Origin: Eledone cirrhosa
Lineage: Eukaryota
NCBI GenBank assembly: GCA_964016885.1
Contig: OZ024742.1
Span: forward strand, 301,692,001 to 301,756,000
Length of the DNA: 64,000 nt
Direction: 5' to 3'
The notes under the pieces are model-generated. The model saw only the letters and a list, made by a program, of their open reading frames with translations. It searched no databases and was not told the DNA's origin. Shown here one piece after another: positions 12,520 through 25,723 of this stretch. Every line of letters begins with the position of its first letter. The first letter of the stretch is position 1. The position numbers were made by a program, and so were the translations under genes.

Positions 12520-14162
12520 ATGTTAATAGAACAGGATAATATAATGTAGTATGGTTAATAGACTGGAACGTTATTTGTGGTTAATAGACTGGGATATTAT
12601 AATATAGTGTGGTTAATAGACTGGGACATTATAATATAGTGTGGTTAATAGAGCAAGACATTGTAATATAGTGTGGTTAATAGAGCAGGATAATATGATA
12701 TAGTGTGGTTAATAGACTGGGACATTATAATGTAGTGTGGTTAATAGAGCAAGACATTGTAATATAGTGTGGTTAATAGAGCAGGATAATATGATATAGT
12801 GTGGTTCATAGACTGAGATATTATAATATAGTGTGGTTAATAGAGCAGGATAATATAATATAGTGTGGTTAATGGACTGGAGTATTATGATATAGTGTGG
12901 TTCATAGACTGGGATATTATAATATAGTGTGGTTAATAGAGCAGGATAATATAATGTATTGTGGTTAATAGACTGGGACATTATAATGTAGTGTGGTTAA
13001 TAGAGCAGGATAATATAATATAGTGTGGTTAATAGAGCAGGATAATATAATATAGTGTGGTTAATAGACTGGGATATTATAATATAGTGTGGTTAATAGA
13101 CTGGGATATTATAATATAGTGTGGTTAATAGAGCAAGACATTGTAATATAGTGTGGTTAATAGAGCAGGATAATATAATATAGTGTGGTTAATAGACTGG
13201 GATATTATAATATAGTGTGGTTAATAGACTGGGATATTATAATATAGTGTGGTTAATAGAGCAGGATAATATAATGTAGTGTGGTTAATAGACTGGGATA
13301 TTATAATATAGTGTGGTTAATAGACTGAGATATTATAATATAGTGTGGTTAATAGAGCAAGACATTGTAATATAGTGTGGTTAATAGAGCAGGATAATAT
13401 AATATAGTGTGGTTAATAGACTGGGATATTATAATATAGTGTGGTTAATAGAGCAGGATAATATAATGTAGTGTGGTTAATAGGCTGGGATATTATAATA
13501 TAGTGTGGTTAATAGAGCAGGATAATATAATATAGTGTGGTCAATAGACTGGGACATTATAATGTAGTGTGGTTAATAGAGCAGGATAATATAATATAGT
13601 GTGGTTAATAGGCTGGGATATTATAATATAGTGTGGTTAATAGAGCAGGATAATATAATGTAGTGTGGTTAATAGACTGGGATATTATAATATAGTGTGG
13701 TTAATAGAGCAGGATAATATAATATAGTGTGGTCAATAGACTGGGACATTATAATGTAGTGTGGTTAATAGAGCAGGATAATATAATATAGTGTGGTTAA
13801 TAGGCTGGGATATTATAATATAGTGTGGTTAATAGAGCAGGATAATATAATGTAGTGTGGTTAATAGACTGGGATATTATAATATAGTGTGGTTAATAGA
13901 GCAGGATAATATAATATAGTGTGGTCAATAGACTGGGACATTATAATGTAGTGTGGTTAATAGAGCAGGATAATATAATATAGTGTGGTTAATAGGCTGG
14001 GATATTATAATATAGTGTGGTTAATAGAGCAGGATAATATAATATAGTGTGGTTAATAGACTGGGACATTATAATGTAGTGTGGTTAATAGGACAGAACA
14101 TTATAATGTAATGTGGTTAATAGACTGGGACATTATAATGTAGTGTGGTTAATAGGACAGGA
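12520..14162. repeat. 32-bp minisatellite (about 50 units) with two monomer types and 192-bp higher-order structure
   Basis: aatatagtgtggttaataga + ctgggatattat or gcaggataatat; variant gtcaata recurs at 13540, 13732 and 13924. Confidence 0.95.
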
Positions 14163-17100
14163 TTCTTGTCCATGTTAGTGTTAATCCCCAGCTACTGCTG
14201 GTATTGGTTGTCAGTTTTGTTGGCTGTAGCAACATGAAATGAAGTATTTTACTCAATAATACAATGAGCCACCTATTCCTGGCATTGAACCAATGATATT
14301 ACAGTAATAAGTCCAAGACCCTAACCACAAAGCCATCTGCAGAGTATACTGGGTGCATTTTATCCACAGTCTTTTACATAATTCTAAGAATTATCTCAAG
14401 TGTCAGTGTAAATATTGCTGTGTATTATATAAAGTATAAAGACGAAGCATTGTTGGCATATTTCTTGTTTAACAAGGGTTATTGAGAAAACATAATATCA
14501 TTGAAGAAGCCATGCCAATGCTATGTCCTTCTTTTCAAGGCTGGCTGTGTATAACAAAGACATTCCACTGGATTACATATATTCCATATTCCTTCCCTGA
14601 AATAAATCTAACAAACATTCTTCATTTATTCTTTTATGATTTCTTTCAACTCAGCTTTACTCTTTCATCAGCATTGTCATCATCATTAACATCATTAACA
14701 TCATCATCATTTTATGTCTACTTTCTATGCTGGCATGGGTTGGATATAGATTGTAATGGTCTGAGACCAGATGGGTCAGAGCAACTCATCTGGCTCATAT
14801 TTTCCATATTTGGCATGGTGTCTATTGGTGAATGCCTTTCCTAATTTTTTTTAATCTTTTTTTTATCTTATGTTGTTGTTTTTTTACTGATTAAAACATA
14901 CTAAACATTCTTCTGGCAAATCATCATTATCATTTTATTCATCTCCTATTTCTCCATTGTCAACTGAATTCTGTGAATGTTCCTGTTACTTTGTCACTAC
15001 ATCTTCCTGTTATATTAATGAGGTTTAACCCTTTAGCATTTAAACTGGCTGTATCTGGCCAGCATTCACTCACCTCTTACTGTTCAAACCAGCTGTATCT
15101 GGCCAGCATTCTCTCACCTCTTTCTGTTCAAACCAGCCATAATCGGCTGCTTATACTTATATTAAGGTATTGTTCTCAAAATAAATAATATCAAAATCTC
15201 TTAGATTCAATATTATGTGAGATAAAGTGTTTACCATGAAAATACAATAGTAAATATAGAGTAATTTTATATGATCAAGGTTTAATTCATAATTTTCTGG
15301 GCTTTCATTCTTTGTTGTTCCATGCAGACCTTTGATCAAAAGCACTCCAGCCATGACCATCCCATCTTTTATAGTGGATTAGTGCATCTAGGTTTAAGTT
15401 TGCATTATCTGATGTCCTCCCTTTCTTGTAACAGTAGATTGTACTTTGGAGGAGAATTGGCTGATATTTCTAGCCAGTTGGAAGGGTTTATGTGGGAGGT
15501 AGGATGTTTAGATACTGGAGAGAAATGAGAAAAGAGTGGAGAATTCATTGGAGAATTCTAGATGAAACTTGAACATAAATTAGAAAACATTGTTGTTGTA
15601 TAGTGTGGATGGTTTTCTCCTTGGGTTGGTGTGTTTTTGTGTGTGTTTGCTCTGCACTATGTATGTGTGTGTGTGTGTGTGTGTATGTTCTGGACTATCT
15701 ATGTGTGTGTATGTTCTGAACTGTGTATATATGTGTGTTCTAGACTATCTGTACATGTGTGTGTGTGTGAGAGAGAGAGAGAATTGTGTCACACACACTT
15801 TAAACATAATCAGTCTAATCATAATGACATATTTGTGTGAGAGTGGGGAAATATGTTAAATAGAATCAATTACTTAACCTTTCTTCAATGACTTGTTTCA
15901 TTAATGACTTGTTACCACTATCATCATCATCTTCATTGTTTTATGTGTCTACATATGTATCATTTAGAATATTTCCACTAGTTATGTATATCACTGTGTA
16001 GGGTTGTAAGAAATGACCACATGGGTTGGTATCAGGAAGAGTAACCAGCCATAAAACACAGCTATGGATTGGTATCAGGAAGGATATCTAGATATATATA
16101 ACACAGCTATGGGTTGGTATAAGGAAGAACAACCAGCTATATAACACAGCTATGGGTTGGTATAAGGAAGGATATCAAGCTATATATCACAGCTATGGGC
16201 TGGTATCAGGAATGGTATCTAGCTATATAACACAACTATCTAACAGCCCTATCTAACCTATGTCAGCATGGAAAGGTGGATGTAAAAACAATAAGGAAAT
16301 GATGATTATTCATGTTAGTATGGGTTGAACATCTTGATATATATATATACTGTTGTCTGTATGTGTATATATCAACTATGTCATACACTTTAAATATACC
16401 CAGTGTCATTGTGATGACATTTTGTGTGTGAATTGTGATTTGAGTGAATTGAATATTTCCACCAAATACTAGAGTACTCATTAACAGATTTAAATATCAA
16501 CTAATCAATATTTTTTTCCTGAAGATAAGGTAAATAAAATCAATTGCTTGGTCTTTGATAAACAGATAAATCAATCGTCATCATCATCATCATCTGTTTT
16601 CCTGTGTTGTCATGGCTTAAACAGTTTGTCATAGTCCACCTCATCTTGTACACATAAAAACAGAAACACCAACCAGTTTTGGTGTTGTATGTGTCACACA
16701 GAGTTGACTGAGTGTGATTTATCATGCCACCAGCTCTAGAGAGGTTGTTTTATGTAAAGAGGACTTAAAAATCTCTTAGCTGTGTCAATTCTATTTGGAG
16801 ATACAAGTGGTGATAGAAAGGGTATCCAGCTATAGAAAACCTGCCATACAAAGAAATCGAGGAGACTCTTCAGCTATGCCAAAGATATGACAACTTCCCT
16901 AGTGTTGGTGTCATGATAAAATGCACTTGGTAAAGTCTAGGATTGTATGTCAGGCCCCCGGCCCACCTGGCAGTCAGAGGCTCCGCTTAAGTACTGACTA
17001 GTACAGGGGAAAACAGACATTAAACAATGAAGATGATTCTCCTAAATATGTCATATTTCATATGTTCCACCCATCTCATGGTTTCTATGATTGGATGTTC

Positions 17101-17320
17101 TTTTTGTTACTAACCACTTTAGAGTTCACTGTGTGTATTTTATTGTGTCAGTAAGACTAGAAAGATTATCTCATGTGGTATTGATATGGTCCCATGACTC
17201 CTGATAGAGTTGTAGGGACGCTGTATTGACATACAGTGTTTCTTGGGCATTTTATGCCTGGCTGACCCATCCCTCTCCAGGGCTGAGTACAGCAGATTTC
17301 TTCCAGAGAAAGGAAGAATC

Positions 17321-17474
17321 AACCCCAGTGCTAGACTAGTACTTTTTTATCGACCTCGAAAGGATGAAAGGCAAAGTTGACCTTGACGGGATTTGAACTC
17401 AGAGAGCAGAGATTCAGAATGAATACCATAAAGCATTCTATCCGACGATCTAATGAGTCTTCCATTTCACTGCC
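17321..17474 (-). mobile_element. SINE family 1, diverged
   Basis: Reverse complement of the B box plus central domain. Confidence 0.7.
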
Positions 17475-18671
17475 TTAATCCTTGTGAGGATGGCTAAATG
17501 ATTGCATGTTGCTTACATATGTTTCTGAACACTACACAATACACTGAGTATATTTTATTGAGGCGTCAGCACTAGGAAGGTCATCATGTCTTTGATGCAA
17601 CTGAAGAATGCCCCTGACCATTAGTTTGGCAAGTTATCAATGGATGGTGTCCTTCCTATCACCAAACACTTTCTAAAGAGTATTGAGTGTGTTTTCTCAT
17701 GTCCCCAACACTAGTGAGGTCATCAACTAAAGAGTTTTCTTGTCTCTTTGTTTAGCAAGTTTTCTATGAACCAATGCTCTTCCTATCATCAACCATCTTA
17801 CAGGGTGTATTTTTGATGACACTAGCAGTAGTGATACTGTTGTTTTGTGACTGAAAGGTCCTCTCAACATGCTTTGACATGGTTTCTATGATTGAAAGCC
17901 TCTCTCAACACTAATTACACCATGGAGTGTCCTGCCTTTTAAATTTTTTTTACAAAAGACTATAGAATGTTGTTTGAGGGAGCTGTGGTTGTTATTTTGA
18001 GCAGGTTGAGTGACTGTATGATGGCTTATTTATTGCCTAGAGACCATCATTAGTTTGCTTAGTTTCTAGTTCCTTTTCTTGTCTAATGACAGTCATCACC
18101 ATCAACATAACCATCTTTCACTTCCACTCTCTATTTTACACACATATTTCTCTCCTTCCCCTCTTTTACTCTCACACATTTCTCCTCTCCCTCATACTCT
18201 CATGCACACACATTTCTCAACCTCCTACTCTCTCTCTATTATATACATACACAAATATATATATCTCCATCACCTCCTCCCACCTCTCATTAGTTGCATA
18301 TCTCTTTATTTACAACTCACTGCCTTGCTCTCACCATTTTGCTAGTTGCCTCATTCTAGTGCCTTAAGGACAATACACACAAACACATGCATATACATAC
18401 GTACAAGTATGCATATACACACATACATACATACACACATGCACATACACATATACACATGCATATATACACACACAAACACACACTTACACATACAAGC
18501 ATACATGCATAAGCATATAAACATACACAGACAGTCAGACACATACATACACATATATGTATGATATCTTCTTTAGGCCATTGTGTCAAATGAAGCATAA
18601 ACAATGGTAGAATTCAATGTTGTAGATTGTAAAAGAAAAATAAAAGACTTGCTAATGGTGGTTACTAGATT

Positions 18672-19305
18672 CCACCACCACTGCCACCACAACCACCATC
18701 TCCACCACCTCTACCATCACTGCCACAACTACTATCTTCTCCACCACCTCTACCATCACCTCCACCGTCATCACTACCATCTCCACCACCACCACTACTA
18801 CCATCTCCTCTACCATCACCTCCACCATCATCACCACCACTACTGCCATCTCCACCACCTCTACCATCACCGCCACCATCATCACTACCATCTCTACAAT
18901 TATCACCACCACTACTACCATCTCCTCCACAATCATCACCACCACTACTACCATCTCCACCACTTCTACCATCACCTCTACCATCACCTCCACCATCATC
19001 ACCACCACCACTGCCATCACTGCTTCCATCTCCACCATTATCATCACCACCACTGCCATCTCTACCTTCACCTCCACTATCATCACCATCACTGCTACAA
19101 CCACCACTACCACTACTGCCTCTGCCACTACCACCACCATCACCACAACTGCCACCTCTACCTCCACCACTACCCCCACCACCTCACCACTATCACCACC
19201 ACTGCTACCTTCTTCAGCATCATCACCAATACTACAAACATCACCCCCACTATTATCACCACCACTACAACCACTACCACCACCATTGCCACTGTCACCA
19301 CCACC
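18672..19305. repeat. Degenerate (CAC/CAT/TAC)n trinucleotide low-complexity tract
   Basis: Direct inspection; explains the poly-His and poly-Val ORFs. Confidence 0.9.
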
Positions 19306-20129
19306 AGCTGCTGTTTACTCACTTTACATTTACTACTTTCATTTTTCTTTCCTTTTTTTCTTCTCCATTTCCTCTAATTTTTTTGTATCTTTTTTGTTAC
19401 TGCTGCTGTTGTTCTTTTTCAATTTGCCTCCCCATCCTACAACAATTCCCTAGCTAATAGTAAGTTTAAAGATATTATCACCCTCCCCAACATCAACCAG
19501 CCTCCATGCCACCCCAAACACACACTGAAAACAGACCATGAAAGATCACATGGTTTGCAGCTCTTTTTTTTCCCATAATGTAAAAATAAGCATAGACCAA
19601 AATTTCCTAGCCTTAATCAATAAGGAGTTCCTCATTAGCCATAAGTATATAAGAATTTTCAATAAAAGATGAGTAGGCTACCCCTGTGCAAAAAGCGAAA
19701 CAAAGAAACAACATGAAAACATGCGAGCCGGAATGGCTCTTCCAGTGAGTCTCGCTTACCATCCTCCAGGGAAATGCCTTCTCTATTCTGTCTGCTGGGG
19801 CTCGCCAGCGCGTGGGCCCACATTTGCTTGCAATAGTGAGAGATGGGGAAAGCAGGAGAGGCAGTGAAAGTGGGAGTTTGGTTCTTTTGTGTTTGGACCT
19901 GGTGTATATATATGTGTGTATAAGAGAGAATGTGTCTAAAAATATGTGCATACATTTACTAGCAAACCCACCAAACAATGCTCCCGACTGTTCCTGTAGA
20001 AATTTCTGAAACATGCCTACTAGATAAAACTTGTAGAATCTGTTGTATATGAAAGAGAAGTTACCTCAACTATACCTCACCAGCAAACTATGTAAAAGAT
20101 ACATATATATACAATAAAAAATGCCCATT

Positions 20130-21120
20130 CCACACTGTAAAGTGCTCATGTAGGTGTCACGACAGAAAGCACTCAGTACACACTGTAAATATGGTTGATA
20201 TTAGGAAGGGCATCCAGCTGTAGAAACCAAGCCAAAATCAGTTCTGTGTGAGCAAAACATAGTCCTCCAACCTGGCTGTCACACAATGGGATATTCGTCT
20301 AACCCATGCTAACGTGGAAAATGGACATTAAACGATGATGATGAGAATTTTCAATAAAAGATGACTAGGCTACCCCTCGGCAAAAATCAAAACACCCCTC
20401 ACCAGCTAAGTACTCTACTTTTGAGCTACCTCTACTACCCTACCCTGCATACATCCTCACCCCAATTTCCACATCTGATGCACCTCTCGTGACCAACCCC
20501 TGTATACAAGTATGGAAAGCTGAACACGCTATCCCACAATGTTGCTGGGGTGGCAGAAAGCTCTCAGTCCACCCTGTAAGGTAAACATGTTGGTCTCATG
20601 ACAAAAGAGCACCGAGTCCTCTGTTAGGTAACATGACAAAAGAGCACCTAGCCCTCCTTGCAGGGGAGTCATGCTGGTGACATGACAGGGGTTGTCCAGT
20701 CCCCCATCCCCTCTGAAGTAGTCAGGTTGGTAGTACGACATGACAATAAATGCCCAACTCACACTGCAAAGTGGGCATGACAGTGACATGACAAAAGCAC
20801 CCAGCCAAACCTGTGAAGAAGTTATGTTGTAGACATGACAAAAATCACCCAATCCACACTATAAAGGGGTTGCTTTTGTGACTTGACAAAATTGCCCAAT
20901 ACACACTGTAAAGTCGACGTGTAGGCGCCACGGAAAAAAGCACCCAGCACTCACTGTAAATGAGGTTGGTGTTAGGAAGAGCATCCAGCTGTAGAAATCA
21001 AGCCAGAATCAGTTCCCGTATGAGCAAGACAAGGTCAGCCGACCGGACACTGCCCACAACAGGACAACCCGTCTAACCCATGCTAGCGTGGAAGAACGAA
21101 CGTAAAACGATGATGATGAT
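20130..21120 (+). mobile_element. Two RTE 3'-end relics (20130-20344, 20900-21120) with degenerate internal repeats between them
   Basis: Both end in cgtctaacccatgcta.cgtggaa...aaac(gat)n; 20900-21120 closely matches 6545-6765. Confidence 0.75.
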
Positions 21121-21679
21121 ATATATATACACATACACACATGCATATCATCATCATCATCAAATATCCATTTTGATAATGATGAGGATGTTATTAGCAC
21201 TATTGCACACACATAACCCTACACACACCTTATACACTATATATATATATACACACACACAGACATGCGTGTGTACTTACATATGCAATTGTAATATGTA
21301 TCATACCAATTATGAAATGGCTTTTTATATATCCAACTGAAAAGTTGTTTACATGTATGAAAAATTATTTGAAAGCAACTTCCCCTCCCTCATTCTATAC
21401 CTCATCATATCCATTCTCCTCAGCATCCTCCTCGTTCTCATCATCATCATCATCATACACATTAATCTTCTACCTCTTCATCATCACATCCTTCTTACAC
21501 CCTGCTGCTTTCTCAGTGTGAAATAAAACTAAGAAATAGCATCTAAAAAGACCATTTCCAATAATTCATTCTTCTTGCTTCCATAATGGAATATAGGTTG
21601 CCATTATTATTTTAAATGGAGAAAGAAATCTTCCAACCAGCCCCCACTAACACTAAGCGTATTTGGACATTATATAGAT

Positions 21680-21704
<25 letters not shown>

Positions 21705-21719
<15 letters not shown>

Positions 21720-22325
21720 GCACAAAGGATGAGATTACAGGCAGGTTAACTGAGAAGGTAGACTTTATATGTCAGATGCTCAGGAGAAGTAAGTACTAAG
21801 AGCATATCTAAAATTGATTTCCACAGCTGTATGGGAGACTCCTGAGAAGTTGTTGACAGCTTTTTGTTACCAAGCAGACAGACATAATCAGCAGTTAGGG
21901 AGGATGAAAGTGTGATAGCCAAGATAAGAGCAGACTGGAAGAAGTTTAGAGAGCTGGTACCTCTGCTGATATCAAAGGGCTTCTCTCTAAGAGTGAAAGG
22001 TAGACTGTATGATGCCTACATGAAAAATGCAATGTTACATGGCAATGAGACTTAGGTCCTGAAATCAGAAGACCTGCAAAGACTAGAAAGAAATGAAACA
22101 AGTATTCTCTAATGGATGTGTAATGTTAGCATGTATGAATGATGTAGCATAAGTGAGCTGAGAGAAACACTTGGGATAAGAGGAATTGAATGTAATCTAC
22201 AAAAGAGAAGACTGTGTTGGAATGGAAGATGACAATTGTATAAAGAAATGCAGAGAAATCTTGGTGGATGGGACTGAGAGAAGAGGCAGACACAGGAAAA
22301 CTTGGGATGAAGTAATGAGGAGATT
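21705..22325 (+). mobile_element. Degenerate RTE RT C-terminal fragment
   Basis: Stop/frameshift-riddled match to WKKFRELxPLL..KGFSLRVKGRLYDA..MLHG.ET. Confidence 0.8.
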
Positions 22326-22329
22326 CTTA

Positions 22330-22900
22330 TAGTTCTTTGTCATCTCCGATGTAAAGTTCGGCTACTTAAGATTGCTTTTTCTGGGTCTGCTTCTTCCATG
22401 GTTCCCAGCCACTGGAATTTCTCTGCATTTCTTTATGCAGCAGCCATCTACCATCTTCATCACATGTCCATACCAGTATCTCTCTTGCACACTACATCCA
22501 ATTTTTCTTATGTCAAATTTTTCACACAGTTCACTTATTCTACATCAGGGTTTCCCAAACTTTTTCAAACACGTAACCCTTTTTGGTTCAGAAACTTTTG
22601 GGGGAACCCCAAAGTCTAAAACTGTTATATGGTTGTAATATAAATATACTCCTCTACCTTTTTTCACAGAAACCCAAACACTTCTTTGTGGGACCCACTT
22701 TGGGAACCACTGTTCTACATCATTCATGCACACTAACATTACACAGCCATCAAGGCATACTTGCTTCATTACGTTTTAGCCTTCACAGTCAGGGCCTGTG
22801 TCTTACTGCCATGTAGCATACCCATACATTTTACATCCATAGATAAGTGTGTGCACCTGATGAAGTTTCTGCCCATCCCTTTTTGGTACCAGCTGCTATC
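22330..22900 (-). mobile_element. Degenerate RTE RT C-terminal fragment, inverted relative to 21705-22325 and interrupted by a hAT MITE
   Basis: Minus strand shows WYGHV, GRSRPRK and MLHGSKT-like remnants. Confidence 0.7.
22546..22712. mobile_element. hAT (Charlie/Buster-like) MITE with 8-bp TSD
   Basis: TIRs cagggtttcccaaa / tttgggaaccactg; flanked by TTCTACAT at 22538-22545 and 22713-22720. Confidence 0.88.
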
Positions 22901-22931
22901 CTCCTTTTGACTTAAAACTTTGGTCTTTGCT

Positions 22932-22934
<3 letters not shown>

Positions 22935-22976
<42 letters not shown>

Positions 22977-23410
22977 GTTGTTGTTGTTGTTTATAAATAA
23001 CTACTCCCCATCACCTATGTCTGGCCTGTTCAATAAGCAGTATTATGTTAGTGATGCTGCTACTACTACTACTACTACTACCACTACAACTACTACCACC
23101 ACCGCCACCACTACTACTACCACCACCACCACTACTACTACTACAACCATCACTACTACTACTACTACAACAACCACCACTATTACTACCACAATCAATA
23201 TTACTATTAGTTTTGATGTAATGGTAATGAAACATTGAAAATAAGTAACCCCATCAACAATGGCAACAACATATAATCATGTGACTGAGTGAAATACTGG
23301 CACAGTTTTGAGTCACTGATTGCTAAGTTGTGTGGAAAATTCATCTGTTGGAAGCAATGAGTTTCTCTGTGTATGTGTGCATGTGTGTGTATATATATGT
23401 ATGTTTGTAT

Positions 23411-23461
<51 letters not shown>

Positions 23462-23618
23462 TGCATATATACTTACATATGCATACACATGCATACATAG
23501 ATACATGCAGACATGCATGCACACAGATTCATATACACACATTTATACATAAACACATACATGCATATACACTTACTCAAACACACATACACACACATAA
23601 ACACACTCACATGTGCAC

Positions 23619-23705
<87 letters not shown>
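22935..23705. repeat. Microsatellite cluster: (TG)n, (TTG)n, (TAC/CAC)n, (TA)n, (CA)n
   Basis: Direct inspection. Confidence 0.9.
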
Positions 23706-23708
<3 letters not shown>

Positions 23709-24459
23709 TCTCATCATCATGATCATTGCCATTTAATGCCTGTTTTCTCTGCTACCAAAAGTTGGACAGATCATTGCAGATAAAGTCAGTGCATAATTGA
23801 GGCTACTAACCTTAGAAAATCCAGGGCCTCTGCTTCTCATTTACAGAGTGCATCTGGTGCATTTTCTTGTGACATCAGTACTAGGGAGGTTGTTATGTCT
23901 TCAGCATGATCCTAACCCTTCATTGGTAGGCTTTCTATGGTTGGATATCCTTTGTATCACTAAGCACTATACAGAGTGTACTAGGTGCATTTATTGTGTA
24001 AATCACCAATTTCTAGGCAGGGGACAATTAATCGAGACCTGAGAGTACTTACACATTAATTTCATGAGCAGGATGTTGTATTGATCAAACAATTGGAATA
24101 CTCAACAAAATCAACAGAGGTCCATGAAGAAAAAGTGTGTCTGTGTGTGGTTTCAGGTTGTCTTGTATCAAAAAGGTTATACTTATAGTATTTGGTTATG
24201 ACTCTTTACATTCTGAGTTTAAATCTCGCCAAGGTCAACTCTGCCCTTCATCCTTTCAGGATTGTTAAAATAAGGTATCAGTTAAGTACTTGAGATGATA
24301 TAATCAACTTGACTCTTCCCTCAAATTGCTAGCATTGTGCCAATCTTAGAAGTCAGGAGCTCCAATTAAATATTCACTTGATCTGTGGTGATCTGTCCAA
24401 CCCTTGCTAGCTGCAAAAACAGACATTAAATGATAATGAGCTTCATGATGATGATGATG

Positions 24460-24497
<38 letters not shown>

Positions 24498-25723
24498 TTA
24501 GTATTGACAGGCATAAGAATGACTTACTCAGTTCTGTAGTAGGGATTGATAATATTTATAAAGATCAAGTTATAGCTTTGTTACTCATGATTTTCTGCTG
24601 TGTATTATATAAGTTCATCAAACATAATGATCACCCTTTAAATACACAGGTAAAACTCCAGAGTAATGTGTCTCCAATTTGATCTTTATATATATATCAT
24701 TTTCTCCATTTAACGTCCATTTTTTTCATGCTAATATACACACAATCTTCTAACATATGCAGAAAGGCTACAATATACATCCCATAGTAGGTAGCATATT
24801 ATATTTCTATACCCACCCATGTGTCTAAAATGTATATCTCATAAATACTCTCTACTATCTTGTCCCTACACACATTATCCTGCTGAGCAGCTGGAAGAAC
24901 CTACAGTAACTCACTACTGTGGAAGAACCTACAGTAACTGGGTTATTGTGGTGGAAAGTCCTCTAATAACTGTGATTTACTGGTGAAGGACCTCTAATAA
25001 CTGCAGGTTACTGTGGTGGAAGAATATCTAATGTGGGTTACTGCAGTGGAAGGACCTACAATGTGGGTTACTATTGTGGAAGGACCTCTAATAACTGATT
25101 TATTGTGGGGGAAGGATATCTAATGTGGGTTTTTGTGGTGGAATGACATCTAATAGCTGTAGAAACTATGGGTTATTTTGTCTACAACCTACATTTAATG
25201 ATAACCTACTCTGTCAATGACCTTTATCCCATGATAACCTATATCACATGTTTGGCCTGTCTTCCCCTCAATACACAAGTCAGTTGCTATGCGTGTAAAG
25301 GCATGAATCTTAATACAAAGCTGAAAGTCTACTGTGCTGTGGTACTTTATGATGATGATGGTGGTGTGGTGGTGGTGGTGGTGATGGTGATTTTGTTTAC
25401 ACTCGGGTCAAACATTAATTTAACAAATCTATGATCCCAGACATTCTTACCATGACCATTTTGTCTTTTTAAGATGACATTATCCATTGAATTTTTCTTT
25501 GTTTAATAAAGTAGAAATAATTAGAGGAAGATTTGGTTGCTATTTCTAGCAGGTCGCGTGACTGCATAGAGGCTGCCTTGTTGGCTAGTTTATGATGTGA
25601 GTCATGTATGATTTATAGCAGATTTTATCAGCATCTGCTACCTGTCTATAAACATCTGAGATCATTAGGTGAGACTGATGGTTATCATTATTTCAGTACA
25701 AACCTGTTGAACACTCATACTGA

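Noticed and set aside
12520-14162. Constant 20-mer plus variable 12-mer as a CRISPR-like repeat-spacer array
   Set aside because: The variable part has only 2-3 related, recurring types; it is a dimeric minisatellite.
18604-19377. 257-aa His-rich ORF (and antisense Val-rich ORF)
   Set aside because: Translation of a (CAC/CAT)n low-complexity tract in an intron; no convincing gene structure. Expression cannot be fully excluded.
22927-23736. Short ORFs rich in CV/HT/T repeats
   Set aside because: Microsatellite translations.
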